64,000 nucleotides of DNA from Gemmatimonas sp. (lineage in GTDB: Bacteria; Gemmatimonadota; Gemmatimonadetes; Gemmatimonadales; Gemmatimonadaceae), in assembly GCF_030833075.1 (NCBI RefSeq), contig NZ_JAURHX010000002.1, one strand, 5' to 3'. This document shows, piece after piece, positions 1 through 8,639 of this stretch. How positions within the stretch are numbered: position 1 is the first letter of the stretch; each line of letters starts with the position of its first letter. The position numbers and the translations under genes are program-made. The notes below the pieces were generated by a model. It saw only the letters and a program-made list of their open reading frames with translations, ran no database searches and was not told where the DNA came from.

Positions 1-175
1 GCAGCTTGAACGAGCCGGTATGTTGCAACACCTCGGCTTTGAGCAGCACGGTGCCGCCAGCCGCGGCATCGAGCGCCGGGGACCGGAGCAGGGGCGTGAC
101 GGCGGCGTGGGGAGCGATGCGGGCCTTCGCCGCGCGGATGTCGGCGATGGTGGGAGCGAGAAGAGCAATAGGCAT
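1..175 (-). CDS. PLP-dependent threonine/serine dehydratase family, 5' part (runs off the window start)
   Basis: Not in the ORF track. Manual translation from ATG 175 gives MPIALLAPTIADIRAAKARIAPHAAVTPLLRSPALD...VLLKAEVLQHTGSFKL, containing the K-x-E-x-L-Q-x-T-G-S-F-K PLP-lysine motif of fold-type II dehydratases. Confidence 0.85.
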   Translation of the reverse strand, partial: MPIALLAPTIADIRAAKARIAPHAAVTPLLRSPALDAAAGGTVLLKAEVLQHTGSFKL

Positions 176-227
176 GTGGAAAAGATACGATGCGCAGCAA
201 TCTCCGGCCCGGCTGCGTATACCACCG

Positions 228-2426
228 ATGCCCCGACTTCGTTTCGTCCTGGCCGCGGCCGCCGGCCTGCTCGCCGTCTCCGCGCCCGGCCGAGCACAGC
301 GCGCCGTGCAGATCAACGGTGTGGATCACCGTGTGTACCGCACGTCCCGCACCATCACGCTGGACGGCCGGTTCACCGAGCCCGATTGGGCGCAGGCCGA
401 TTCCATTACCGACTTCCGGCAGAAAGATCCGGTCGAGGGGGCGCCGAGTACCGAACGCACGGTGGTCCGGCTGTTGGCTACGCCGGCCGGCCTCGCCATC
501 GGTTGGTCGCTGTACGACTCCGATGCGGCGAACATCGTGCGCTCGCAGGTTCGCCGCGATGCGGAGCTCCGCAGCGACGACTACGTCTCCATGGGCATCG
601 ACGGGCTGCACGACAAGCGCAGCGCCTTCTACTTCCGCACCAACGCCAACGGGGCGATGTGGGATGGTGAGCACATCGACATCGAAACCGGCAACGAAAG
701 CTGGGATGGTGTGTGGGACGTGCGCACCAGCATTACGGGCGACGGATGGTTCGCCGAGATACTCATCCCGTGGGCCACGCTGCGATACGCCGAGGGCGAC
801 AGCGTGATGGGGATGAACTTCCGTCGCTTCATGCCGCGCAAGAACGAGGAAACCCTCTGGCGCGCATGGCGGCGCACCGAGGGGCTCCGCTTCCTCGAGA
901 AGGAGGGGATCGTCGGCAATCTCCATGGGGCGCCGCCTCGTCCTCGCCTCGAAGCGCGGCCATACGTTTCCGGGGAATCGCGCCTCGCCGAACGCCGTTA
1001 CTTCGCCGTGCGAGGGGACACGGTGCTGTCGCCCTCGGCGAGCAACCGCAACGTAGGCCTGGACATCAAGGCGCCCATTACCAACACCCTCACGGCCGAC
1101 ATCACCATCAACCCGGACTTCGCACAAGCCGAAGTGGACCGGCAGGTGGTCAACCTCACGCGATTCCCGCTGTTCTTCCCCGAACAGCGACCGTTCTTCA
1201 CCGAAGGTTCGGCCATCTTCGATTTCGGACGGCCGCGTGAAGCACAGCTGTTCTATTCGCGCCGCATCGGACTCGGCGCCAACGGCAGCCCGGTCACCAT
1301 TCCCCTCGGCGTGCGCATGCAGGGGCGTGCGGGGAGCCGGCAGGTGGGGCTCCTCACGGCGCGTACGTCGGGCGACGAGAACACCACCAACGCCGTATTG
1401 CGTGTGAAGCAGGACTTCCTCGGTCGCGGCTACATCGGCGCGATGGGCACGTTTGCCGGAGAACGCGGGCATCCGGGCAGCACGGCGGGCGGGATCGACT
1501 TCTTCCTGCCGTACATCGTGCGGGGCGGGCAGAACTTCGTAATCAACGGCAACGCGGCTTGGAGTCGCGATTCGGCTGGCGGGGTGACGGGCGGGCATTA
1601 CCGTCTCATGCTCGATTATCCCAACGACAAGGCCGACATCGTCATGCGTCTGGACCGCATCGAGGCCGGGTACGATCCGGCGCTCGGCTTCGTCTCGCAG
1701 CGCGGCATCCATCGGGTGGCGGGAAACACCTCGTTCACGCCGCGTCCACGGAAGCGCAACCGATACATTCGCCGTTACGAGTTCAATGTTGCGAGTTACG
1801 ACCTGGTGTGGGGGATCGCGGGGGGACTCGACAACGCCTCGTTTTCGGTGAAGCCGTTCGGGCTGCAATTCCAGAATGGTGACCGCGTGGAGGTCACCGC
1901 GCGTCGCCGCTTCGACGCCCCGGAGGAGACGTTTGCGCTGTTCACGGGGGCACGGGTGCTACCCGGTCAGTACTGGTGGTCGCGCGCCGAGGTCCAGTAT
2001 CAGGGCGCGGAGCCGCGCGTGGTAAAGGTGCAACTCACCGCGAGCACCGGACAATTCTACGACGGCACCTCGAGCGACGTGACGGCGAGCATTCGCCTCC
2101 GTCGGGCGCCGCACATGTTGCTCACGCTCGATGGTCAGGTCTCGGACGTGACGTTGCCGAGTGCACGATTCACCGCCAACACGGTGCGTTTGCGCGGTGA
2201 CTATGCCTTCAACCCCCGTCTCAATACCACGCTGTTCGCCCAGTGGGACAACCAATCGCAACGTGCCAGCACCAACGCGCGCGTGCGATGGACGGTGAAG
2301 CCTGGCAGCGACCTCTACGTGGTGTGGAACAGCGGGTGGCAAACCGGACTCGATCGTCCCATTCCGTTCACGCGACCGAGCCGCGGCGGGCTGGTGGCGA
2401 AGTACGTGTACTTCTTCCGGGCATAG
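228..2426 (+). CDS. Exported CBM9-like / DUF5916 domain protein (probable outer-membrane protein)
   Basis: Signal peptide from ATG 228 (MPRLRFVLAAAAGLLAV...AQ). N-terminal 'ITLDGRFTEPDW...F.Q..P..G' CBM9-like segment, DUF5916 motif 'NPDFAQAEVD..VVNLTRFPLFFPEQRPFF.EG', and a beta-barrel-like C-terminus 'AKYVYFF'. Confidence 0.75.
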   Translation: MPRLRFVLAAAAGLLAVSAPGRAQRAVQINGVDHRVYRTSRTITLDGRFTEPDWAQADSITDFRQKDPVEGAPSTERTVVRLLATPAGLAIGWSLYDSDAANIVRSQVRRDAELRSDDYVSMGIDGLHDKRSAFYFRTNANGAMWDGEHIDIETGNESWDGVWDVRTSITGDGWFAEILIPWATLRYAEGDSVMGMNFRRFMPRKNEETLWRAWRRTEGLRFLEKEGIVGNLHGAPPRPRLEARPYVSGESRLAERRYFAVRGDTVLSPSASNRNVGLDIKAPITNTLTADITINPDFAQAEVDRQVVNLTRFPLFFPEQRPFFTEGSAIFDFGRPREAQLFYSRRIGLGANGSPVTIPLGVRMQGRAGSRQVGLLTARTSGDENTTNAVLRVKQDFLGRGYIGAMGTFAGERGHPGSTAGGIDFFLPYIVRGGQNFVINGNAAWSRDSAGGVTGGHYRLMLDYPNDKADIVMRLDRIEAGYDPALGFVSQRGIHRVAGNTSFTPRPRKRNRYIRRYEFNVASYDLVWGIAGGLDNASFSVKPFGLQFQNGDRVEVTARRRFDAPEETFALFTGARVLPGQYWWSRAEVQYQGAEPRVVKVQLTASTGQFYDGTSSDVTASIRLRRAPHMLLTLDGQVSDVTLPSARFTANTVRLRGDYAFNPRLNTTLFAQWDNQSQRASTNARVRWTVKPGSDLYVVWNSGWQTGLDRPIPFTRPSRGGLVAKYVYFFRA

Positions 2427-2585
2427 TCGCCACCCCCGCGATAACGGCACGGCCGTGTCCGTGTACGCCCACGTCCGACATCGCGTAAGTGGAATGACGG
2501 ATTTCACCAGGGCTTGGCGATGGCAAGTTGCGGACGCCCGGAAGGGGTACCCCAACTACGCACCGCGGACGGTGCAGGAGACGTT

Positions 2586-3029
2586 ATGGCCATGCTCACG
2601 AGGAAGGCGCCAAGCTCGCTGTCGACGGACGACGTGTTCTCCAACTATCTCCGTCGCATGTTCGACGATCCGTTCGCGCCGACGGTCAGCGGCACATGGA
2701 TGCCGGCCGTTGAAGTGTCGGAGACCAACGACGCGATGCTGCTCACCGCCGAACTTCCGGGGATGGACGAGCACGCGTTGAACATCACCATCGACAACAA
2801 CGTCCTCACGATTGCCGGTGAGAAGGAGCAGGAGCGCACGGACGCGCCCCCTGCGCAGAACTACTACGTGTCGGAGCGCTTCTACGGGGCGTTCCAGCGT
2901 TCATTCGGCCTGCCGCGCACCGTGGACATGGAGCACGTGAAGGCGGAGTTCGAGAAGGGGATTCTGCGGATCACCCTCCCCAAATTGCCGGCGGCCAAGG
3001 GCAAGGTCATCGAGGTGCAGGCCCGGTAG
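2586..3029 (+). CDS. Hsp20/alpha-crystallin small heat-shock protein
   Basis: Motifs 'AELPG', 'LTIAGEK', 'ERFYGAFQRSFGLP', 'AEFEKGILRITLPK'. SD AGGAG lies upstream of ATG 2586. Confidence 0.92.
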   Translation: MAMLTRKAPSSLSTDDVFSNYLRRMFDDPFAPTVSGTWMPAVEVSETNDAMLLTAELPGMDEHALNITIDNNVLTIAGEKEQERTDAPPAQNYYVSERFYGAFQRSFGLPRTVDMEHVKAEFEKGILRITLPKLPAAKGKVIEVQAR

Positions 3030-3083
3030 ACAGCGAAGCCGCGTGGCGGCCCGTAAGTTCGGGGAACCTCACTTCCCGATCTC

Positions 3084-4004
3084 ATGAAGCCAATGCCGGT
3101 GTTGTCGAAGTGGCGGCTGGCGGGAGCGATGCTCCTGTCAGCCGCTTCAATCATGCCGTTGGAGCGGTTGGCGGCGCAGGCGCCACCCGGTACGGAAGGC
3201 CGCGCACCAGCGGGCACTCTGTTCATCGTGGGTGGCGGCACACAGCCGATTCCCCTGGTGCAGGAATTCGTGCGCCGCGCCGGCGGCGACACGGCCTGCA
3301 TCGTGGTATTTGCGATGGCGAGTACCGTGGGCGAAAAGGGCGGCGAGGAAAGCGCGGCCCGATTCCGCACCATGGGGGCCCAGGCCCGCAACATCTGGAT
3401 CACCCGCGAACAGGCGAACAGCGACAGCGTGGCGCGGCTCCTCGAAGGAGCCACTGCGGTGTGGTTCGGCGGTGGTGACCAGAATCGCCTCACCGCCGTG
3501 TTGCGCGGCACGCGCACCGAGCGGGCCATCCGCGCCCGTTTCGAGCGGGGCGCCGTGATCGGCGGCACGTCGGCCGGTGCGGCCGTGCTGTCTACCCCGA
3601 TGATTACCGGTGACGAACTCGGCCCGCGCCGCGACACCACGGAGGCATGGACCCGCGTCGCGCGAGGGAGTGTCGCGGTGGACAGCGGGTTCGGGTATCT
3701 CACCAGCGCCATCGTCGACCAGCACTTCCTGCGCCGGAAACGACACAACCGGTTGCTGAGCCTCGTCCTCGCGCAGCCGCCGCATCTGGGTGTGGGCATC
3801 GACGAGGGAACCGCGCTGATCGTGGAGCCGGACGGCCTGTGGCGCGTGGAGGGCGCGAGCTCGGTGCTCGTCGTGGACGCGCGTGAGGCGCAGCGGACGT
3901 CCGACGGGGCGGCCGTGCTCGGTGCTGCGGGCGCGCGACTGCACCTGCTGCCGGCGGGGAGCACATACGATCCGCGGTCGGGGGTGGCGAGACTGCGGGA
4001 GTAA
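3084..4004 (+). CDS. Cyanophycinase / peptidase S51 family with signal peptide
   Basis: 'LFIVGGG', 'WFGGGDQNRL', nucleophile motif 'GGTSAGA', 'DQHF..R.R.NRL' and 'GIDEGTA'. The N-terminus is a hydrophobic signal. Confidence 0.85.
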   Translation: MKPMPVLSKWRLAGAMLLSAASIMPLERLAAQAPPGTEGRAPAGTLFIVGGGTQPIPLVQEFVRRAGGDTACIVVFAMASTVGEKGGEESAARFRTMGAQARNIWITREQANSDSVARLLEGATAVWFGGGDQNRLTAVLRGTRTERAIRARFERGAVIGGTSAGAAVLSTPMITGDELGPRRDTTEAWTRVARGSVAVDSGFGYLTSAIVDQHFLRRKRHNRLLSLVLAQPPHLGVGIDEGTALIVEPDGLWRVEGASSVLVVDAREAQRTSDGAAVLGAAGARLHLLPAGSTYDPRSGVARLRE

Positions 4005-4006
4005 TG

Positions 4007-4078
4007 GCGCTAGTAACGGCGGGTTACTGCGTCATGACGCAGTTCACACATGACGTTGTCACCCGCCGTTACAAGCGC
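4007..4078. repeat. 30-bp imperfect inverted repeat with a nested 18-bp perfect palindrome between convergent genes
   Basis: Arm 4007-4036 matches the reverse complement of 4049-4078 with 4 mismatches. ACTGCGTCATGACGCAGT (4026-4043) is self-complementary. Confidence 0.85.
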
Positions 4079-4092
4079 GGTTACGAACGCCC

Positions 4093-5028
4093 CTACGCCG
4101 TAGACGTCCGCACGATCCGTCCCCCCTCCGGCACCACGACCTCCGTCACCGTACCGGCGTCGTGCAGCAGGAAGCACGTCGCCCCGCTCCCGCTCATCAT
4201 GCCGATGGCCGGCGTCCCCGCGCCTTTCATTCGCTGCGCCTCGGCGCGCAGCACCGGCAGGACCGCCGCTACACCCGCGTGCAGGGAGGGTACAACCTGC
4301 TCGAAATCGTTCGCAGCCAAGGCGCACACGTGCGCCCAATCGGTGAACGCGTCGGGCGAGTAGGCGTAGGCGGGCACCGTCCGGCTGCGTGCTTCGCTCG
4401 CGCGCGCAAATGCGCCGTAGGCGACGCCGGTGTTCACGCCCTCGGTAAACGCGATCAGTGTGACTGCCATTGCCGGGAGCGCGGGCAGTGGCAACAGCCG
4501 GTCGCCGCGTCCCCAGGCCCACGCGAGCGGAACGTCGAGCACCATGAAGGGCACGTCAGCGCCGAGGGTGCCGGCAAGCTCCAGCAGGCGAGCAAGGCCC
4601 AGCGGTGTAGGACACAGCGCCTCGAGCGCGCGCAACACGGCGGCCGCGTCGGCACTGCCTCCACCGAGGCCACCACCGACCGGGATGTGCTTCCCGATCG
4701 TGATCTGCCAGCCAGTGTGCCACCGGGCGGCCTCGCAGTAGAGTGCCGCGGCGCGCCAAGCGAGGTTGTGTTCCGGGGCGCCGATGCCGCCGGCCGGCAT
4801 GCCGGGGCCGTCGCAGGTGAGGGCGCGCGGCGCCTCGTTCACCGCCACCTGCACGACATCGTGCAACGCCAGCCGCTGGAACAGCGTCTCGATACCGTGA
4901 TATCCGCTCGCTTCGCGCGCGAGGATGCGCAGCAGCACGTTGATCTTCGCATGCGCGCGTTCGGTACGGGTCACTCCATGCGGTACGACATGCATGTCAC
5001 CCTGCGTTTCACCATGCGCGGAACTCAC
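4093..5028 (-). CDS. ispE: 4-diphosphocytidyl-2-C-methyl-D-erythritol kinase
   Basis: 'AHAKINVLL', 'GYHGIETLF', GHMP motif 'KHIPVGGGLGGGSADAA', 'LGADVPF', 'NDFE', 'MSGSGAT'. Start codon uncertain. Confidence 0.93.
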   Translation of the reverse strand: MSSAHGETQGDMHVVPHGVTRTERAHAKINVLLRILAREASGYHGIETLFQRLALHDVVQVAVNEAPRALTCDGPGMPAGGIGAPEHNLAWRAAALYCEAARWHTGWQITIGKHIPVGGGLGGGSADAAAVLRALEALCPTPLGLARLLELAGTLGADVPFMVLDVPLAWAWGRGDRLLPLPALPAMAVTLIAFTEGVNTGVAYGAFARASEARSRTVPAYAYSPDAFTDWAHVCALAANDFEQVVPSLHAGVAAVLPVLRAEAQRMKGAGTPAIGMMSGSGATCFLLHDAGTVTEVVVPEGGRIVRTSTA

Positions 5029-5056
5029 ATCAACGCTCTCGGCTCACCGGTGGAGG

Positions 5057-6073
5057 TCACGTGGGGTCGGGACCGCGCTGCGCTTGCGTGACGTCGCGCA
5101 CGCTGAGCCCCATACGCGCGAAGTATACCGCGCCGAGGATCGTGATGGGAACGAAGCTCAGCAGGTGATATCCCAGCGCCCAACTTACCGCGAGCGCCTT
5201 CGGCACGCCGTAGACCGCGAGCCCGACGCTGGCGGCGGCTTCGAACACGCCGAAGAATCCCGGGGAACTCGGCACCGCCACGCCGATGGCGATCACGCCC
5301 TGCAGGAACAGGGCGGCGCTGAGCGGGACATGCACACCCACGGCCAGGAAGCCGAGGTGCAGGGCAAACGCGTGCGTGAGCCAATGCAGAACGGTCCAGA
5401 TGAACACCGAGGCGAACCGCCGGGTGTCGCGCAACACGCCCAGGCTGCCGACCGCGAGCTCCACGAATCCCACAATCGCGTCACGTTGCCTTGGCAGTAC
5501 GCGCCCCGCGACAGCGCCGGCGACACCCGTGACCCACGCCGGCCGCAGTACCACCACGTAGCAGACCATGAGCGCCGTTCCCACCAGCGCCACCCCACTC
5601 ACGGCTACGTCACTCATGGGGCGTCCCGCCACGGTGGCGCCATCGGGGAAGCGTGGGTCGAGCATGGCGGCGAACATCAGCAGAAACACCACCAGCGCGT
5701 CGAAGATGCGATCGACCGCAAGCGAGCCGAGGGCGGTGGTCATTGCCACCTTCGGTGCCTCGCGGGTGAGCGCGAACGCCCGGGCGAACTCCCCGGCGCG
5801 CAGCGGAAACACATTGTTCATCATCACGCCGATGGCCGTACTGCGCCAGAGCGCGCCGTAGGGTAGCGCCCCGGCCGCCGGCTCGAGAATGGGCCGCCAC
5901 TTGCGCGCGCGGACGGGAACGATGGCGGTCCCGGCCACCGTACACAGGGCGAACAGCACGCCGTCGGCGCTGCGCAGCACCTGCCATACTGCCCCGAGCG
6001 CCACGCCGCGCAGCGTCCACCACAGCAGGAGCGCGCTGAGGAGAAACCCGATGGCCGTGCGGCTGTGCTTCAC
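5057..6073 (-). CDS. Lysylphosphatidylglycerol-synthase TM region / UPF0104 flippase-like membrane protein
   Basis: Multi-TM protein with 'R..KW', 'NNVFPLRAGEFAR', 'DRIFD' and 'VPSSPGFFGVFE'. Probable GTG start at 6073. Confidence 0.85.
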   Translation of the reverse strand: MKHSRTAIGFLLSALLLWWTLRGVALGAVWQVLRSADGVLFALCTVAGTAIVPVRARKWRPILEPAAGALPYGALWRSTAIGVMMNNVFPLRAGEFARAFALTREAPKVAMTTALGSLAVDRIFDALVVFLLMFAAMLDPRFPDGATVAGRPMSDVAVSGVALVGTALMVCYVVVLRPAWVTGVAGAVAGRVLPRQRDAIVGFVELAVGSLGVLRDTRRFASVFIWTVLHWLTHAFALHLGFLAVGVHVPLSAALFLQGVIAIGVAVPSSPGFFGVFEAAASVGLAVYGVPKALAVSWALGYHLLSFVPITILGAVYFARMGLSVRDVTQAQRGPDPT

Positions 6074-6113
6074 GAGAGGCGACTCGGGACGGGAGAAATC
6101 GGCGTCCGGCGCG

Positions 6114-6246
6114 TCAGGTGGCGACGGCAAGATCGAGCAGGTCGCGTACCTCGCGGGCCCGTGTCCACCAGCTGCAGCTCGAGCTGGAAGAGGTACTCAC
6201 CGGCGGCCTTCCGGAAGAATTCGAGCAGCGCCTGCGGTGCCGTCAT
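6114..6246 (-). pseudogene. Possible internally deleted gene remnant between pdxJ and the UPF0104 gene
   Basis: ATG 6246 begins 'MTAPQALLEFFRKAAGEYLFQLE', an amphipathic, Hpt-like first helix. A different frame ends 'AREVRDLLDLAVAT*' at 6114, suggesting N- and C-terminal ends fused out of frame. Confidence 0.4.
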
Positions 6247-6320
6247 GCGCGGGGGAACAAAGGGGAATCGACCGGCGCGAACTGGTGCCACGTGCCTGCC
6301 GCCGATGGTCGGCCGCGCGG

Positions 6321-7061
6321 CTAGAACATGTCCGCTTCGCGGGCTTCGTCCATGGCCGCGCGCACTTCGCGCACGGCCGCGTCGAGTCCGACAAAGATGG
6401 CGCGTCCGACGATCGCGTGCCCGATATTGAGCTCCTCGATCTCCGGAATTGCCGCTACCGGGCCGACATTCTCCAGCGAAAGCCCGTGGCCGGCGTGCAC
6501 GGCCAACCCCAGCGACGCCCCCAGCGCCGAGGCCGCCTTGAGCGCCGCCAGTGGTGCCGGATTGCGCGGATGGTGCGCGTACGAGCCCGTGTGCAGCTCG
6601 ATGGCGTCGGCGCCCACCGCCTGCGACAGCCGGACGGCCGCGTCGTCAGGGTCGATGAAGAGACTGGTGCGGATCCCGACGCGTTTCAGGCGTGTCACAG
6701 CCTCGCGCACGGCCGTCTCATGGCGCACCACGTCGAGACCGCCTTCCGTCGTGATCTCCTCGCGGCGCTCCGGCACCAGCGTCACCTGCGCGGGCCGGAG
6801 TGTTTCGGCAATGCGGAGCATGTCGTCGGTAATGGCACACTCCAGATTGAGCAACGTCGTCACCGCCGACGCGAGCCGGGTGATGTCCTCGTCCTGGATA
6901 TGCCGCCGGTCTTCACGCAGATGGGCCGTGATGCCGTCGGCGCCGGCCTTCTCGCAGAGCAGCGCCGCCGCGACCGGGTCGGGCGTGCTGCCGCGCCGGG
7001 CCTGACGCACGGTGGCCACGTGATCAATGTTGACGTAGAGCCGCTGGTACTTGAGCGTCAT
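6321..7061 (-). CDS. pdxJ: Pyridoxine 5'-phosphate synthase
   Basis: 'VNIDHVATVRQAR', 'HLREDRRHI', 'TTEGGLDV', 'ELHTG', 'HAGHGL', 'ELNIGHAI'. Confidence 0.97.
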   Translation of the reverse strand: MTLKYQRLYVNIDHVATVRQARRGSTPDPVAAALLCEKAGADGITAHLREDRRHIQDEDITRLASAVTTLLNLECAITDDMLRIAETLRPAQVTLVPERREEITTEGGLDVVRHETAVREAVTRLKRVGIRTSLFIDPDDAAVRLSQAVGADAIELHTGSYAHHPRNPAPLAALKAASALGASLGLAVHAGHGLSLENVGPVAAIPEIEELNIGHAIVGRAIFVGLDAAVREVRAAMDEAREADMF

Positions 7062-7208
7062 TTCGGGGTATGCGGTACTGTGGGGTCGACGGACGACGAC
7101 GAATACGAATGGAAACCCGGAACTCCCCGGTTGCCCTCTGGCTTGTCCGGCGAGTCACAATGATAGCTTACACCCATGCACGTTCACACCGAAGCTAAGG
7201 AGGCCGTG

Positions 7209-7715
7209 GTGCCCGCTCTGCGGAGATCCGGTCGGCGGTACGGTTGGGCAGTGGTCGCGGGGGCGCTCTTCGTGAGCGCGTGCGCCCGTCAGGCGGTTTC
7301 CACGGAAACGGCCATTCCCGGCGCCGCCATACCGTCCGTCGGTGCGGCGCCCAGCACAACCGGCGCCGCTTCGGGGCGTGGCGCGGTAGAATCGTTCCTG
7401 ACCGCGGTGCGCCTGCAGGACCTGCAGGGCATGTCGGCGCTCTGGGGCAACAGCAAGGGGCTCGCTCGTGATCAGCTCAAGCGGGATGAGCTGGAGAAGC
7501 GGCTGGTCATCATGCAGTGCCTCATGCAGCACGACAAGTTCGTCTTTGCCGAGGAGCGGCCGCGGTTGCAGGCCGGTGGTACACAGGAGCATGTCGTGAC
7601 ACTGACCAAAGGGAAGCAGAGTGCCACGACCACCATCGCCACCGTCGCCGGCCCCGGCGGCCGCTGGCTCGTGGAAGACGTCGACGTGACGCGGTTGCGG
7701 GAGTTCTGCAGCTGA
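7209..7715 (+). CDS. Hypothetical lipoprotein (small alpha/beta, NTF2-like end 'RWLVEDVD')
   Basis: SD AAGGAGG (7197-7203) before GTG 7209. Hydrophobic stretch ending in lipobox-like 'FVSAC'. Extended -10 TGaTAGCTT at 7161-7169. Confidence 0.6.
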   Translation: MPALRRSGRRYGWAVVAGALFVSACARQAVSTETAIPGAAIPSVGAAPSTTGAASGRGAVESFLTAVRLQDLQGMSALWGNSKGLARDQLKRDELEKRLVIMQCLMQHDKFVFAEERPRLQAGGTQEHVVTLTKGKQSATTTIATVAGPGGRWLVEDVDVTRLREFCS

Positions 7716-7805
7716 GGGCAGAGCGCGGAAGTGATGGGGTGGAAGTCGTGCAATCTGCCTGAGCAGCGAACCCAGCCGCACCACTCCCCCCGCTGGACAG
7801 GCCGA

Positions 7806-8216
7806 CTAATATTCGGACAGCTCGACGAGCACCCCGCCGGTCGCGCTCGGGTGGAGGAAGGCAATCCGCTTCCCCTCCGCGCCGATCCGAGGCGTTTCGT
7901 CGATGAGTCGGAGACCGGCATCACGGCATTTCTGCAGCATGCCGTCGAGGTCGTCCACGGCGAAGCAAACGTGATGGATACCGGGGCCGCGCTTGGCGAC
8001 GTACTTGCCGATCGGCGTGTCCTCGGCCTGTGCCTCGAGCAGTTCCACCAGTGATTCGCCCGACGCGAGACCCACGATGGTCGCGCCGTCGGAGTTGCCG
8101 AGTGGGACTTCCGGCATGTCCAGCACGTCTCGCATGAAGGGCAGCAGCTCGTCGATGGCGCGGACGGCGACGCCTATGTGGGCGATGCGCGTGCCGCGGC
8201 GAACGGGTTCGGTCAT
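7806..8216 (-). CDS. mce: Methylmalonyl-CoA epimerase (VOC/glyoxalase family)
   Basis: 'IAHIGVAV', 'VELLE', 'GPGIHHVCF.V', 'PRIGAEG.RIAFLHP..TGGVLVEL'. Confidence 0.88.
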   Translation of the reverse strand: MTEPVRRGTRIAHIGVAVRAIDELLPFMRDVLDMPEVPLGNSDGATIVGLASGESLVELLEAQAEDTPIGKYVAKRGPGIHHVCFAVDDLDGMLQKCRDAGLRLIDETPRIGAEGKRIAFLHPSATGGVLVELSEY

Positions 8217-8308
8217 GTCGGTCTGGTCGGATCGGGGTGGCGGGAGCCGAATATTAATCCTGAAGCGGGACGGTCGCGTTGCGAAACGCACGTCCCACGG
8301 AGCACACG

Positions 8309-8632
8309 ATGGCCAACGCAGTCGAAGTGAAGGACGACACGTTCGCGGCGGAGATCGAGCAGCAGGCCGGTCTGTCGGTCGTGGACTTCTGGGCGACGTG
8401 GTGCGCGCCCTGCCGCATGATCGCCCCGATCGTGGAGCAGCTCGCCGCCGATTACGCCGGCAAGGTGAAGGTTGCCAAGCTCGATGTGGACAACAATCAG
8501 CGCACCGCGGCCAAGTTCAACGTGCGCTCGATCCCCACGATCCTGTTCTTCAAGGACGGCAAGCTGGTGGATCAGGTGGTGGGCGCGGTGCCGCGTCCGG
8601 CACTCGAAGCGAAGTTCAAGGAACACGCCTGA
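8309..8632 (+). CDS. trxA: Thioredoxin
   Basis: 'VDFWATWCAPCRMIAP' and 'VRSIPT'. SD GGAG upstream of ATG 8309. Confidence 0.95.
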   Translation: MANAVEVKDDTFAAEIEQQAGLSVVDFWATWCAPCRMIAPIVEQLAADYAGKVKVAKLDVDNNQRTAAKFNVRSIPTILFFKDGKLVDQVVGAVPRPALEAKFKEHA

Positions 8633-8639
8633 GCATCGT

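Noticed and set aside
2427-2585. Heat-shock control element (CIRCE/ROSE) upstream of hsp20
   Set aside because: No TTAGCACTC-N9-GAGTGCTAA. The GCACCG-CGGA-CGGTGC hairpin abuts the SD but does not sequester it.
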